From Candidatus Baldrarchaeota archaeon (GTDB lineage: Archaea > Asgardarchaeota > Baldrarchaeia > Baldrarchaeales > DXJG01): DNA of 64,000 nt. Of the stretch, positions 1 to 10,093 are shown piece after piece. Within the stretch, counting starts at the first letter, position 1; each line of letters opens with the position of its first letter. Where the stretch lies: NCBI GenBank assembly GCA_019056805.1, contig DXJG01000002.1:154178-218177 (forward strand), written 5' to 3'. Position numbers and translations under genes: made by a program. The notes beneath the pieces were generated by a model. The model saw only the letters and a program-made list of their open reading frames with translations, was not told where the DNA came from and did not search any database.

Positions 1-994
1 GAAATATAACTATCAATAATAGCTGTATATTTGCCAGGCATTGCTATTTTTACGGTTTCGTTGTACGTTTTGAATTTTTCTACGACTTGTTTCCAGCTTT
101 CAAGCGAAGGAGTACGATTTTGGAGATTTAAAATTCTAGATAAATATTCTCCAAGCCCCTGTTCCTCAAAAAGAAGCGGTAATTCGTAAATACAATCAGT
201 ATCAGGGTTTGAAATTACAGCTTCAACGGGTACATTACAATATAGACTAATTTTTTCTCTTATTTTTTGATCAAGAGGAATTTCAGCCCTACCAACAATA
301 ACATCAGGTTGAAGTCCCATGCCTTGGAGAACTTTAACACTATGTTGAGTAGGTTTTGTTTTGAGTTCTCTAACAGTCTTAAGGAATGGGAGAAGAGTAA
401 CATGTACTAATGCGGTATTTTCTCTAGGTTCTTCTAATCGAAATTGTCTTATAGCTTCGAGAAAAGGCATGGCTTCTATATCTCCTACAGTCCCCCCTAC
501 CTCAACAATCAATATATCTGGATTCTCTCTCTTAGCAACTTCCCTAATCCTGTTTTTTATTTCATCGGTAATATGTGGTATTATTTGAACAGTTTTACCA
601 AGATATTCTCCAACTCTTTCACGAAGAATAACCGATAAGTAAACCTGTCCACTAGTAATATTATTGCATGGATGAATATTTTTATCTAAAAATCTTTCAT
701 AAGTCCCAAAATCTTGATCAATTTCGGATATTCTAAATTTAAAACCATCAGCTGGTGTGAATTCCCAAACATCTTCAGTTACAAAAACCTCCCCATGTTC
801 GATTGGATTAAGAGTACCTGGGTCAACATTCAAATTCCCCCACGGCTAGAAATACTCTAGCCGCGTTAGGGGTCGATTTTTATAGCATCAACACTAAACC
901 CTCTAAATTGGAAAAGTTTGGCAATCGAAGCAACAGTAACACCCTTACCAATACCAGACATAACTCCTCCTGTTATAAATATGTATTTTGTCAA
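1..994 (-). CDS. pyrG: CTP synthase, partial (C-terminus beyond window start). Two exons: 867..994 (TTG start, [18 protein letters not shown]...IKIDPY) and <1..834 ([21 protein letters not shown]...), interrupted by a 32-nt BHB-type element at 835..866
   Basis: Minus-strand translation gives the PyrG N-terminal P-loop region and continues with [21 protein letters not shown]... The two segments are in different frames. Removing 835..866 joins them in frame as KIDPYLNVDPGT, the conserved CTP synthase motif. Confidence 0.85.
835..866 (-). other. Candidate bulge-helix-bulge (BHB) intron in pyrG mRNA
   Basis: In the mRNA sense the region folds as h (UCGA/UUGA, 4 bp), H (CCCC/GGGG, 4 bp), a 3-nt bulge UAA, a 10-bp stem (CGCGGCUAGA/UCUAGCCGUG) with GUAUU loop, and a 3-nt bulge AAU. 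Cleavage 2 nt into each bulge removes exactly 32 nt and restores the frame and the DPYLNVD motif. Confidence 0.6.
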
Positions 995-1136
995 TTTTTA
1001 ACACCTCACAAATAAACAAATTAAAATATTTTTCATGATATAATGTGATATTTTGGTAACTTTAAAATTTCGTTAAATTTCATCGATGTTTTGTTTTGCG
1101 ATAGATATTTTAAGCTAATGGAGATTTGTTAATATT

Positions 1137-1211
1137 GCGGGATGATATTACGACGGTCTCATGAGCTTTCATTGTTTCTTAGCAAGGATGAGAAATGGGC
1201 AGCATGACCGC
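1137..1211 (+). ncRNA. Candidate C/D box sRNA
   Basis: Terminal stem GCGG/CCGC encloses a C-like box GAUGAU at the 5' end and a UGAC D-like box at the 3' end. There is an internal GAUGAG C' box and a 12-nt spacer before D. It lies in the 650-bp non-coding region upstream of purA. Confidence 0.3.
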
Positions 1212-1646
1212 ACTAAATACTACTTTTTAAATTTTGAATGCTCTTATGCAAAAAGAAGTAACCTATAAAAAGGCGGTTACTAAAATTTTACGATAAAATT
1301 TGAGATGGGTAATATTTGATAGGTGGCTCATCCAAATGCCTTTTCATCACTTTTCAGTGCCGGAAGTATTAATCATCGACCAAGTAATTTACACTGTTTG
1401 AACTAGTTAAAAAGCTATCTCATTTTTGTAATTATTCATAATTAACTTAAAAACAGATGGGAACATTACATTATTCTCTTAGGTTTTGCTTAAAATGTTT
1501 AAAGTGGAATAGTCATTCTAATGAGGTTTCTTGAGGTACTAATCTATTGTTTTTGTTGGTATGATTTTTCTGAGAGAGTCTAAGAACATGTTACATGAAA
1601 ACGGAAAACTTATAAGAGAAAAAGTAGCAAAATGTGAGGGATTTAA

Positions 1647-2657
1647 ATGCCGTGCGAAATAGTTGTTGGTGGATTTTTTGGAGACGAGGGTAAAGGAAAA
1701 ATTATTTCTTATCTTGCTTCTAGAGATAAACCAGTAATTGTTGCTAGAGCTGGTGTTGGTACAAACGCTGGCCATACTGTAGTAGTCAATGGCAAACCTT
1801 TTAAATTGAGACAGATTCCCAGCGGATTTACCTACGAGAAGGCAAGGCTTTTAATAGGGCCAGGAGTTCTTATTAATCCGGAAATTTTCTTTAAAGAAGT
1901 CGAAGAAACAAATTGTAAAGATCGCATCGGCATAGATTATCAATGTGGTGTTATAGAGAAAAAACACATAGAAGAGGACCGTGGATCCTCACATTTACAT
2001 GGAAAAATTGGTAGCACTGGAAGTGGATGCGGTCCTGCAAATGCTGAACGAGTTCTAAGAAAACTGAAGCTTGCTAAAGATTTACCCGAACTGCAACCAT
2101 ATCTAACAGATGTTTCATTAGAAATAAATGAGGCTATAGACCGTGGAGATACGGTTCTTGTTGAGGGAACACAAGGTACCTATCTATCTCTCTATCATGG
2201 TACTTATCCCTTTGTTACATCAAAAGATGTATGTGCAGCCGCCGCATGCTCCGATGTAGGAATAGGTCCTACTAAAGTGGATGACGTTATAATAGTCTTT
2301 AAAGCCTACGTAACAAGGGTAGGAGCTGGCCCTCTTGAAGGTGAACTTTCAGAAGAAGAAGCAAAGAAAAGAGGATGGCTTGAAATAGCAACAGTAACGG
2401 GTAGAAAGAGAAGATCGGCTCCATTCAACTTCAAACTAGCTAAGAGAGCTGTAATGTTAAACGGTGCTACACAAATAGCAATAACTAAGATCGATATAGT
2501 TTTTCCCGATGCTCGTGGAGTGTCAAACTACGATGAACTTCCAGTTGAAGCGAAAAACTTTATTGAAAAGGTTGAAAAGGAAACAGGTATTCCAGTAACT
2601 TTAATTGGTACAGGGCCTGGAATTAATGAAATAATTGATCGAAGAAACGAAAAATAA
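1647..2657 (+). CDS. purA: Adenylosuccinate synthetase (short archaeal form)
   Basis: N-terminal GDEGKGK P-loop and the GHTVV motif. At 336 aa it matches the archaeal short PurA. Confidence 0.9.
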   Translation: MPCEIVVGGFFGDEGKGKIISYLASRDKPVIVARAGVGTNAGHTVVVNGKPFKLRQIPSGFTYEKARLLIGPGVLINPEIFFKEVEETNCKDRIGIDYQCGVIEKKHIEEDRGSSHLHGKIGSTGSGCGPANAERVLRKLKLAKDLPELQPYLTDVSLEINEAIDRGDTVLVEGTQGTYLSLYHGTYPFVTSKDVCAAAACSDVGIGPTKVDDVIIVFKAYVTRVGAGPLEGELSEEEAKKRGWLEIATVTGRKRRSAPFNFKLAKRAVMLNGATQIAITKIDIVFPDARGVSNYDELPVEAKNFIEKVEKETGIPVTLIGTGPGINEIIDRRNEK

Positions 2658-2673
2658 GTTTAAGGAACAAATT

Positions 2674-2898
2674 TTAACACTTTCTATTATATTGATACGG
2701 GTAAGATTGACAAACTGTTTGAAGCATTTTTTCTAACTCATTTTTTCTTATTGCAATTAAGGCGTTAGCTAATTCCACCGAGTTATACCTTAGCGTTAGA
2801 TATTCTGTTAGTCTTTCTTTCTTATAACCCCTTAATAACATTTCATCGATTATTTCTAACATCTTATGGATTCTCACTTGTTTAAATAGATGTTTCAT
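2674..2898 (-). CDS. Small hypothetical protein (74 aa)
   Basis: ORF only. It sits downstream of alaS on the same strand and has a helical, charged composition. Confidence 0.25.
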   Translation of the reverse strand: MKHLFKQVRIHKMLEIIDEMLLRGYKKERLTEYLTLRYNSVELANALIAIRKNELEKMLQTVCQSYPYQYNRKC

Positions 2899-3038
2899 TT
2901 CTAACCCCTGTTGTCTTATGTATGTCTTTATTTTTGTGCTTTTTTAGGCGTATTATTTTCTTTAAAATGACTTGAATAGAGGAAAGAGGGAGGTAACTGA
3001 AAGTATTCATATGCTATAAAAATTATTAAGATTAAAGA

Positions 3039-5801
3039 TTAATCAGTAGATAAGGATTCTATCTTTGCAATTATCGTTTGAAAAATTTTCTGCAATACTT
3101 TATCCAGATATTGGACTTTAGGACCTCCGCCAATTACTATTTTTCCCTTTCCTCCAGCAGATCCTCCAAGTTCTTTACAACCTTCCCTGACTATATTTGG
3201 TAGTTCAGTTTCGAGAATCTCTTTCGTGGCTCCAACAATTATGGCTCTATCGGTTCCTCCGCCTAATACTACTATGCAATTAGGCTCTTGTTTAATTATT
3301 TTTTCAGCTATCGAGATTAGATCTTTCTCGTTTAGGTTTATTCTCCTTACCACTACCTTATATTTTCCTACAGTCTCCGCCTCTTTGATTATTCTTTCTG
3401 CTATCATTGTTGAAAGCTGATTTCGTAGTCTTTCTATTTCTTTATTCAGTTCCTTCCATTCTTTGAAGAACCTCTCTGCTGTCTTCGGTAATTGTATCTG
3501 TGGTACTCGAAAGACGTTGGCAGTTTTTTCTAGTAATTCTTCTTGTTGTTGTATTTGCTGAACAGCAGCTAGTCCTGCACAGAATTCTATCCTGACAACT
3601 CCATCTTGAATCCTTTCTACTCTAATTATCTTAATAGGTCCTACTTCTCCAGTATTTTGGCAATGTAGTCCTCCACAAGCTTCAACATCCCAGTCCTTTA
3701 TTTCGATTATTCTAATATCTTTCCCTGGTACCACTCCTCCTTGATAGATTCTGAATCCATATTTTTGTTCTGCTTCGTTTCTGGGCATCCAAAAGATATG
3801 TACTGGGCGATTTTCCATAACTATTTTATTTGCCAATAATTCTATTTTTCTAACTTCATCTGTTGATAGCGATTTATAGTGAGTTATATCTAATCTTGCT
3901 CTATCCGGCCGTTTCTCCGCACCAGCTTGCCATACATGTTTCCCTAATACGCGTCTAGCCGCTTCGTTAATTATGTGGGTTGCTGTATGATGACGCATTA
4001 AAGATATTCTATGTTCTAAATCTACTTTCCCCTCAACTTTTTGTCCTTCATTTAACGTAGTTTGACCTTTTATTTCATGTACAATTACATGATTAACTTT
4101 TTGAACATTTATAACTCTATTTCCATTTATTTCTCCAATGTCGTGAAGCTGTCCTCCTCCCGTAGGGTAAAAACACGTCCTATTCAGCACTATATACTTG
4201 TTTTGAATTACTTTCAATACTTTTGCTTCGAAGGCAGTTTTCCACGGGTCTTCGTAGTATAATTCCTCTGTTGGAGGAAGTGATTCGGTTTGTTGTTTTA
4301 AATAGTCTTCGATACGTTTTTGCGGCTTTTCTCTTTTTTCTCTTTTTTCTCCAATTGTTGCGTAGAAGTCTGTTGGAATTTCTATTTGTAAGCCAAGCGT
4401 TTTTCCGATGTCCTGAACCATTTCTGGTTGTATACCTTTTGATTCATAAAGTGTTATAAGAGTGTCCTTATCGAGTTTCTTCTTCTTTGTTAGTAGACGT
4501 TTAACGTATGCCTCTCCTCTCTTTAATGCTTCATAATATCTCTGTTTTTCGATTTTAAATATATCATCTATTATATCTTCTGCTTCTAAAACCCTCTCGT
4601 AGGTTTTCTTTAAATAATCAATATGTCTGTGAAACAATTCTAGAAAATCTATGTTAAAGTTATAAAGATCATTTAGGCTTAATGCTCTTCTCAAAATTGT
4701 ACGTAAATTGTAGCCACCACCCACATTAGATGGCAATGCTCCATCTGCTATAGCGAAAATTAGGGCACGTGTATGATCTGCTATAGCGTAGAGAGCTTCT
4801 AATGGTTCTAATTCTCTTTTTAATTCCTCATAACTCGTTCTAAGTTGTTCAGCTATCTGTTTTCTAACAGCATCTATGTTTGTTATTTCGCTTACATCTA
4901 ACATTCCCATATAGGTTACATAGTTTTTCAGCAATTTTTCATCTATCTTTAAGTCAACTTGCGACTTTAACCATTCGAGAACTGGTCCAAAAACTGCTTC
5001 ATATGCGGTAGGAGTTCCTTGACTAAACCAGCAAATTCTTTCTATTCCCCATCCAACATCTATTACTCTGATCTTCATTTCTCGGTATGTTCCATCTGGT
5101 TGTACCTCATATTGCATAAAAACATTATTTACAATCTCGAGTCCTTTCGCAAAGGCCTCAAGGCATGGCCCAAAGTTTCCCCCTCCAATCCAAACATCTT
5201 CCCGGTATGTTATATCTTCTGGGGGAATTTTAAGCTCTTCCGTTAGAAACTTGAAGTTTAGCTCTATACAATGATCCATCCAATAACCTTTCCATTTATC
5301 CGAATTAAAAGCGTGCTGTCCACCCATTACAAAAAGAGAGAAGTGCCGACCAGTTCTTCCAACATTATCTACATCATTAAACCCTTTTCCTCCAAATCTC
5401 AAACATGGTTGTGGAACAACAAGTGGGTTTGCTGGAGGATCAACTATTCCGCTCACTACCCAAGGCTGAAAGTCCGCAATCGAAGCTATAGTAAATGTTA
5501 AGTCGTCTCTCCAACGTGCAACAACAGGATACTCCTTGATTCTTGTATGTCCATGTCTTTCAAAAAAATTACACCAGCGTTCAATAGTTTCGTGGTAATC
5601 CCAGTTACCTTTTTGTTCACCGATGAATTTATACCCATTTTCGCATGCAGGGTCTCCACATGTATCTCTATCGGGGTTTAGAGTCCAGAAAAAACCTCCA
5701 CATTTAGGACATCGCTTTCTTACAAATTCTTTTTCCTTAAACAAACTTACTCTGTACTTCTCTTCAGTTAGTATATCCTTCAACTGAGATTTATTGATCA
5801 A
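3039..5801 (-). CDS. alaS: Alanyl-tRNA synthetase (archaeal type)
   Basis: 920 aa with class II AlaRS catalytic and editing motifs (HxxxH..CGG region: HHTATHII, CGGLHC) and a C-terminal DHHA1-like tail. Confidence 0.9.
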   Translation of the reverse strand: MINKSQLKDILTEEKYRVSLFKEKEFVRKRCPKCGGFFWTLNPDRDTCGDPACENGYKFIGEQKGNWDYHETIERWCNFFERHGHTRIKEYPVVARWRDDLTFTIASIADFQPWVVSGIVDPPANPLVVPQPCLRFGGKGFNDVDNVGRTGRHFSLFVMGGQHAFNSDKWKGYWMDHCIELNFKFLTEELKIPPEDITYREDVWIGGGNFGPCLEAFAKGLEIVNNVFMQYEVQPDGTYREMKIRVIDVGWGIERICWFSQGTPTAYEAVFGPVLEWLKSQVDLKIDEKLLKNYVTYMGMLDVSEITNIDAVRKQIAEQLRTSYEELKRELEPLEALYAIADHTRALIFAIADGALPSNVGGGYNLRTILRRALSLNDLYNFNIDFLELFHRHIDYLKKTYERVLEAEDIIDDIFKIEKQRYYEALKRGEAYVKRLLTKKKKLDKDTLITLYESKGIQPEMVQDIGKTLGLQIEIPTDFYATIGEKREKREKPQKRIEDYLKQQTESLPPTEELYYEDPWKTAFEAKVLKVIQNKYIVLNRTCFYPTGGGQLHDIGEINGNRVINVQKVNHVIVHEIKGQTTLNEGQKVEGKVDLEHRISLMRHHTATHIINEAARRVLGKHVWQAGAEKRPDRARLDITHYKSLSTDEVRKIELLANKIVMENRPVHIFWMPRNEAEQKYGFRIYQGGVVPGKDIRIIEIKDWDVEACGGLHCQNTGEVGPIKIIRVERIQDGVVRIEFCAGLAAVQQIQQQEELLEKTANVFRVPQIQLPKTAERFFKEWKELNKEIERLRNQLSTMIAERIIKEAETVGKYKVVVRRINLNEKDLISIAEKIIKQEPNCIVVLGGGTDRAIIVGATKEILETELPNIVREGCKELGGSAGGKGKIVIGGGPKVQYLDKVLQKIFQTIIAKIESLSTD

Positions 5802-5957
5802 GTTTTACACCCATTCTGATTTTAGTAGAATCCTTGATTAATAGTAATATTCCATTTTAATTTAAGATGATATATTCTACGAAATCGTGTTTTCCTACAC
5901 TTAAATAATTTATGATCTAAGTTTCCCTTAGACTAAAAATAACATCTGATATAGGGG

Positions 5958-6698
5958 TTAAGGTACAAAACTCCTTAATTTTTTAACTAGTTCCTCGATA
6001 TTATCTATTTTTGACACCAATAATGGTATTTGTTCTATTTCAGCTATTTTTATAGCTAATGGGTCAATCTTTTCCAAACCGTGAAGAATAACTATTGCTG
6101 GTTTTAACGCTTTCCCTCCGGTCATTTGTGCAACACGAATTGCGATCATAGGAGATCTACCTGTTGTGACTCGTGTAAAAATGGCGGCTCTTTGAGGCGT
6201 TGCACCATATAATCGTAGTAATTGTGGTGGAGATAACTTGAGTATCGCATTCACAGAATCCACTACCGTATAACCGTAAATAACTTCGTTTTTAAGAACA
6301 TCGCCACAAGCATATACCTTGCAATTTAAATAATCTGCAAGATCCTTGGCATTAACTGGATACGGGAACTCTCTAATAGCAAGTATCACATCCGAAGGAA
6401 TTTCTGGAGACATTAGTTTCTTTAATGCGCCCGTAACGTATCCTCCTCGCTTTTCATCCATTTCTATTAATGCTTCAACAAACTTTTTCACAGTTTCAAC
6501 TCGAGGCGAAGAACGTCTCCCACTTTCATAATCACTTATCACTGATGGTGAAATATTAAGAAATTGTGCTAAGGTCTTTTGAGAAATTTGAAAAAGCTCT
6601 CTCCACTTTTTCATAATTTTTCCTGGTTCATTTGACAGAATTATTTCTCCTGCTATACTTTGTGCTATTCTTTCTAAGGCATTGTCTCTATAATTCAT
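5958..6698 (-). CDS. HTH (XRE-like) domain transcriptional regulator with C-terminal domain of unknown function
   Basis: Helix-turn-helix segment (QKTLAQFLNISPSVISDYESG). Similar in arrangement to conserved archaeal COG1395/COG1709-type regulators. Confidence 0.6.
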   Translation of the reverse strand: MNYRDNALERIAQSIAGEIILSNEPGKIMKKWRELFQISQKTLAQFLNISPSVISDYESGRRSSPRVETVKKFVEALIEMDEKRGGYVTGALKKLMSPEIPSDVILAIREFPYPVNAKDLADYLNCKVYACGDVLKNEVIYGYTVVDSVNAILKLSPPQLLRLYGATPQRAAIFTRVTTGRSPMIAIRVAQMTGGKALKPAIVILHGLEKIDPLAIKIAEIEQIPLLVSKIDNIEELVKKLRSFVP

Positions 6699-7097
6699 AT
6701 TTCTCTGAATAATTTTAATTGATATTTGAGTATTTCGATATTGCCGAATAACTATTCGACAAACGACGAAAAATTTTGAGCGCTTAATCGGGAAAATAGC
6801 TATAAATAAATAACCTATCTTGTCTTTCCGGATTCTTTAGCACATTTTCGTTGCTCAGAAGAACTTTGTTTTCAAGTTCAAGTTTTACCTTCAAAATATC
6901 TCATGAATATATGAGTAGTTATATGATTTTATCTGCTAGCTGGTATAAGCAAATGTTTGTTCCGTCGAAGAGATTTTTTATTCTAAGTACTTTGTTGCTT
7001 CAAAGAGCGATACTTTACATTTTCCAAGTGATAAAAATACGAAAACTTTAAATAATCTTTAAGTACGTGCTACGTTACTTGATTAACATTTACTGGA

Positions 7098-7385
7098 GTG
7101 ATATTAATGGAATTTTGTCCAAAATGCGAAAGTATGCTAGTACCCCAAAAACAAAAAGATGGTACAGTTGTTCTCGTCTGCAGAAATTGTGGATACACGG
7201 CTCCAGCAGAGAAAGAGAAGGGGGAATATAAACTAGTATTTAAAATAAGACATACGCCACAAGAAGAAATAATTGTAGTGGAGGGGGACCTAAAAAGAAA
7301 AATTCAAATAACAAAAGATGGAAGAGAAGAAGAATACAAAGCAGCATTAGACTATTATCAAGAATGGGAAACCGAAGAAGAATAA
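7098..7385 (+). CDS. TFS/RpoM-like N-terminal zinc-ribbon protein lacking the C-terminal TFIIS-type zinc ribbon
   Basis: MEFCPKCESMLVP...VCRNCGY matches the N-terminal Zn ribbon of archaeal TFS/Rpb9. The C-terminal half is acidic and has no cysteines. Probable start is the internal Met of MEFCPKC. Confidence 0.5.
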   Translation: MILMEFCPKCESMLVPQKQKDGTVVLVCRNCGYTAPAEKEKGEYKLVFKIRHTPQEEIIVVEGDLKRKIQITKDGREEEYKAALDYYQEWETEEE

Positions 7386-7510
7386 TCTAAAATGAATATT
7401 GAGAGTATACGATCCTTCACTGATGCTAACAACAAAGCAATTTTATTATTATAATTTCGGCCTAACTTTTATCTTTTTTATGAAATAAATAGGTGAGTTT
7501 TGAAATTATA

Positions 7511-8977
7511 TTAACCCTTGGTAACTCCCATTGGAACCATTCTTGCTACGAGAGTAGCAATACCTAGTTTGTGACTAACTTTAACAACTCTGTCAATATC
7601 TTTATATGCACCTGGAGCTTCTTCTGCAACTACCCTGATATTTGCAGCTCTAATTAATATTCCTCTTTGCTCCAAATCCTTTTTCACTGTAGAACCCCAA
7701 TAACGTCGAGTGGCAGCAGCTCGTGATAAGTGTCGCCCTGCACCATGGGCAGTACTGCCAAAAGAGATCTTCATAGCCTGTTTTGCTCCAATTAGCAAAT
7801 AACTAGCAGTACCCATACTTCCGGGAATCAGTACGGGTTGACCCATGCTTCTATAGTCAGCAGGAATATCTTTGTGTCCCGGTGGAAACGCCCTAGTAGC
7901 ACCTTTTCTATGAACAAATACTTTAACCTTCTTTCCATCGACATCATGTTCCTCTAATTTCGCTATATTATGGGCTACATCATAAATCAAATGTAAATCT
8001 AAGTCTTCAGCATCTTTTCTGAATATTTTTTGAAGAGCTTCTCTTGTCCAATGAGTTATTAGTTGTCTATTTGCCCAAGCAAAATTAGCTGCGCACTGCA
8101 TTGCTTGAAAATATTGTTCAGCTTCTTTGCTATTTGCTGGTGCACATGCCAATTCTCTATCTGGTAGTTTTATTCCATACTGGTGTACTGCTCTTTCCAT
8201 AACTCTGAGATAATCAGAACATACCTGGTGACCAAAACCTCTAGAACCTGTATGAATCATAACAGTTACTTGTCCTTCTTCATATATACCAAGTTTCTTG
8301 GCTACTTGAGGATTATAAATCTTATCTACATACTGTATTTCGAGGAAATGGTTTCCACTTCCTAGAGTTCCAAGTTGTGGTCGTCCTCTTTGTTTAGCTC
8401 TTGAAGATACTACATCTGGATTCGCATTCGGCATTGCCCCTTCTTCTTCGCAATGTTTCCAATCCTCATCCCAACCATATCCCTGTTCAACAGCCCATTT
8501 TGCACCACCTTGCATTGCTTCATCCAGTTCGGCAGTTGATAGCCTTAACTTTCCAGTGCTTCCCACTCCGCTAGGAATATTTCTGAATAAAGCTTCCAGA
8601 AGTTGAGGTAAGATTTTACGTACCTCATCTTTTTTCAAATTTGTTCTTAGTAATCTTACACCACAATTAATGTCGTAACCCACTCCACCTGGTGAAATTA
8701 CACCTGTTTCTAAATCACTTGCCGCTACTCCCCCTATTGGGAATCCGTATCCTTGATGTCCATCCGGAAGAACTATGCTATACTTGTAGACTCCCGGAAG
8801 ACATGCAATGTTTGCTGCTTGTTCTAATGTTAAATCTGTTCTCATTTTTTCTAGTAAAAATTCATCTGCATAAATTCTCGCTGGTACACGCATGCAATTC
8901 TTGTAAGTTCGTGGTATTTCCCATACGAATTCATCTATCTTTTCGATAGGCCCTCTATAACCCATTTTTTTCACCAT
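7511..8977 (-). CDS. rtcB: RNA-splicing ligase RtcB (3'-phosphate/5'-hydroxyl tRNA ligase)
   Basis: RtcB motifs (GSGNHF, metal-binding His/Cys). The ORF extends to 9061, but the start was adjusted to MVKKMGYRGPIEKID by comparison with the family N-terminus. Confidence 0.85.
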   Translation of the reverse strand: MVKKMGYRGPIEKIDEFVWEIPRTYKNCMRVPARIYADEFLLEKMRTDLTLEQAANIACLPGVYKYSIVLPDGHQGYGFPIGGVAASDLETGVISPGGVGYDINCGVRLLRTNLKKDEVRKILPQLLEALFRNIPSGVGSTGKLRLSTAELDEAMQGGAKWAVEQGYGWDEDWKHCEEEGAMPNANPDVVSSRAKQRGRPQLGTLGSGNHFLEIQYVDKIYNPQVAKKLGIYEEGQVTVMIHTGSRGFGHQVCSDYLRVMERAVHQYGIKLPDRELACAPANSKEAEQYFQAMQCAANFAWANRQLITHWTREALQKIFRKDAEDLDLHLIYDVAHNIAKLEEHDVDGKKVKVFVHRKGATRAFPPGHKDIPADYRSMGQPVLIPGSMGTASYLLIGAKQAMKISFGSTAHGAGRHLSRAAATRRYWGSTVKKDLEQRGILIRAANIRVVAEEAPGAYKDIDRVVKVSHKLGIATLVARMVPMGVTKG

Positions 8978-9208
8978 GTTTAGGGAGACTTTCAAAATTT
9001 TTAAGTGTTTTTGGTACATGAGCATGAATTTTGGTGTCTTATACCAAAATATTAGGTCCACTTACCGAGAAAATGAAGTCTTAACTAACTTGAGAACAAT
9101 GTTCTACGATGTTCATAATAACTCTTTAAAGAACTTAAAATCAAGGTATCAATTTGAAGTTATTTCTTTGTATTATGACAAAAGTGATATTAGTATGACA
9201 AAGAAAGT

Positions 9209-10009
9209 TCAGGGATTATATTCAGTATATAATATTTTTTTAATTTCTTTGATTGTTTGTAACCCTATACCTTTGAGCTGTTTCCATTTTTCAATATTTT
9301 GAATAGCTTTTATGGGTGTTTTAAAAACTTCTAGTATTTTTTGAGCTCTTATAGTTGATATGCCTGGTAGTCCTGCCAAAAAGAAGATTTGTTGCTGAAA
9401 TATGTCCGAAAACTTAGGTTTTGTCCTAATTATTGGTATTGCTTTTTTCCGCGGTTTCTTCTCTTTTTCTCCTAAAATCTCCTTTAGTTTTTGGAAAATG
9501 TATAATGCTGTATGCATCGCGTCGAAAGTTTCTACTACTAAAATACCTTTCCTTTCTGCTTCTTGTTTTAAAGCTTCATATGCCTTTGGACTAAATTTTA
9601 CCTTTTTTTCTATTACTATGTAATGTAGATGATCTTTTGTTGTTCGTTTTATTGGTACGTATATGCATTTATTTATAGGGTCTTTTCTAATAGCTAATCC
9701 ACCCTCAATAAGAAGTACAGGGTTGCTATACTTTTCTACCATGGTTTCCAATTGTTTTTCTAGTCTTGGTATTCCCTTCTGTGAACCCTTTAAAGTATGT
9801 ATGAGATCCATCACAGTCTTTCTTTCTATCACGGTTTCTTCTGGTAACAAGTAATCCCCTATTGGTAAAGATTCCACTCTGTATGTTATTTTTTCTTTCT
9901 CAAGGAGTTTAATAAGGATGCTTGCCGTTCCACCCTCGCTCCGAGCTTCATGTACATCAATTACGATAGAAGGAACTTCACCAAATAATGTTATTTGCAA
10001 GTAAAACAC
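9209..10009 (-). CDS. XPF/ERCC4-family nuclease (short form, nuclease plus HhH2)
   Basis: ERCC4 motif region (VIDVHEARS...LPIGDY) and a C-terminal helix-hairpin-helix pair (LAGLPGIS..). There is no helicase domain. Confidence 0.75.
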   Translation of the reverse strand: MFYLQITLFGEVPSIVIDVHEARSEGGTASILIKLLEKEKITYRVESLPIGDYLLPEETVIERKTVMDLIHTLKGSQKGIPRLEKQLETMVEKYSNPVLLIEGGLAIRKDPINKCIYVPIKRTTKDHLHYIVIEKKVKFSPKAYEALKQEAERKGILVVETFDAMHTALYIFQKLKEILGEKEKKPRKKAIPIIRTKPKFSDIFQQQIFFLAGLPGISTIRAQKILEVFKTPIKAIQNIEKWKQLKGIGLQTIKEIKKILYTEYNP

Positions 10010-10093
10010 CTTTTGGAGCCATAAACTCCTAATCTAGTATCTATCTATTAAATTCGAGATATATAAGTATGGATTAAAATGAAATCGATAACA

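Noticed and set aside
361-638. Plus-strand ORFs 361..588 and 444..638
   Set aside because: They lie antisense within the pyrG coding region, whose protein translation is unambiguous on the minus strand. They have low-complexity composition.
3226-5501. Several 60-80 aa plus-strand ORFs inside alaS (3226..3420, 4062..4262, 4223..4459, 5019..5246, 5271..5501)
   Set aside because: They are antisense to a well-supported 920-aa AlaRS gene and are typical spurious ORFs in AT-rich DNA.
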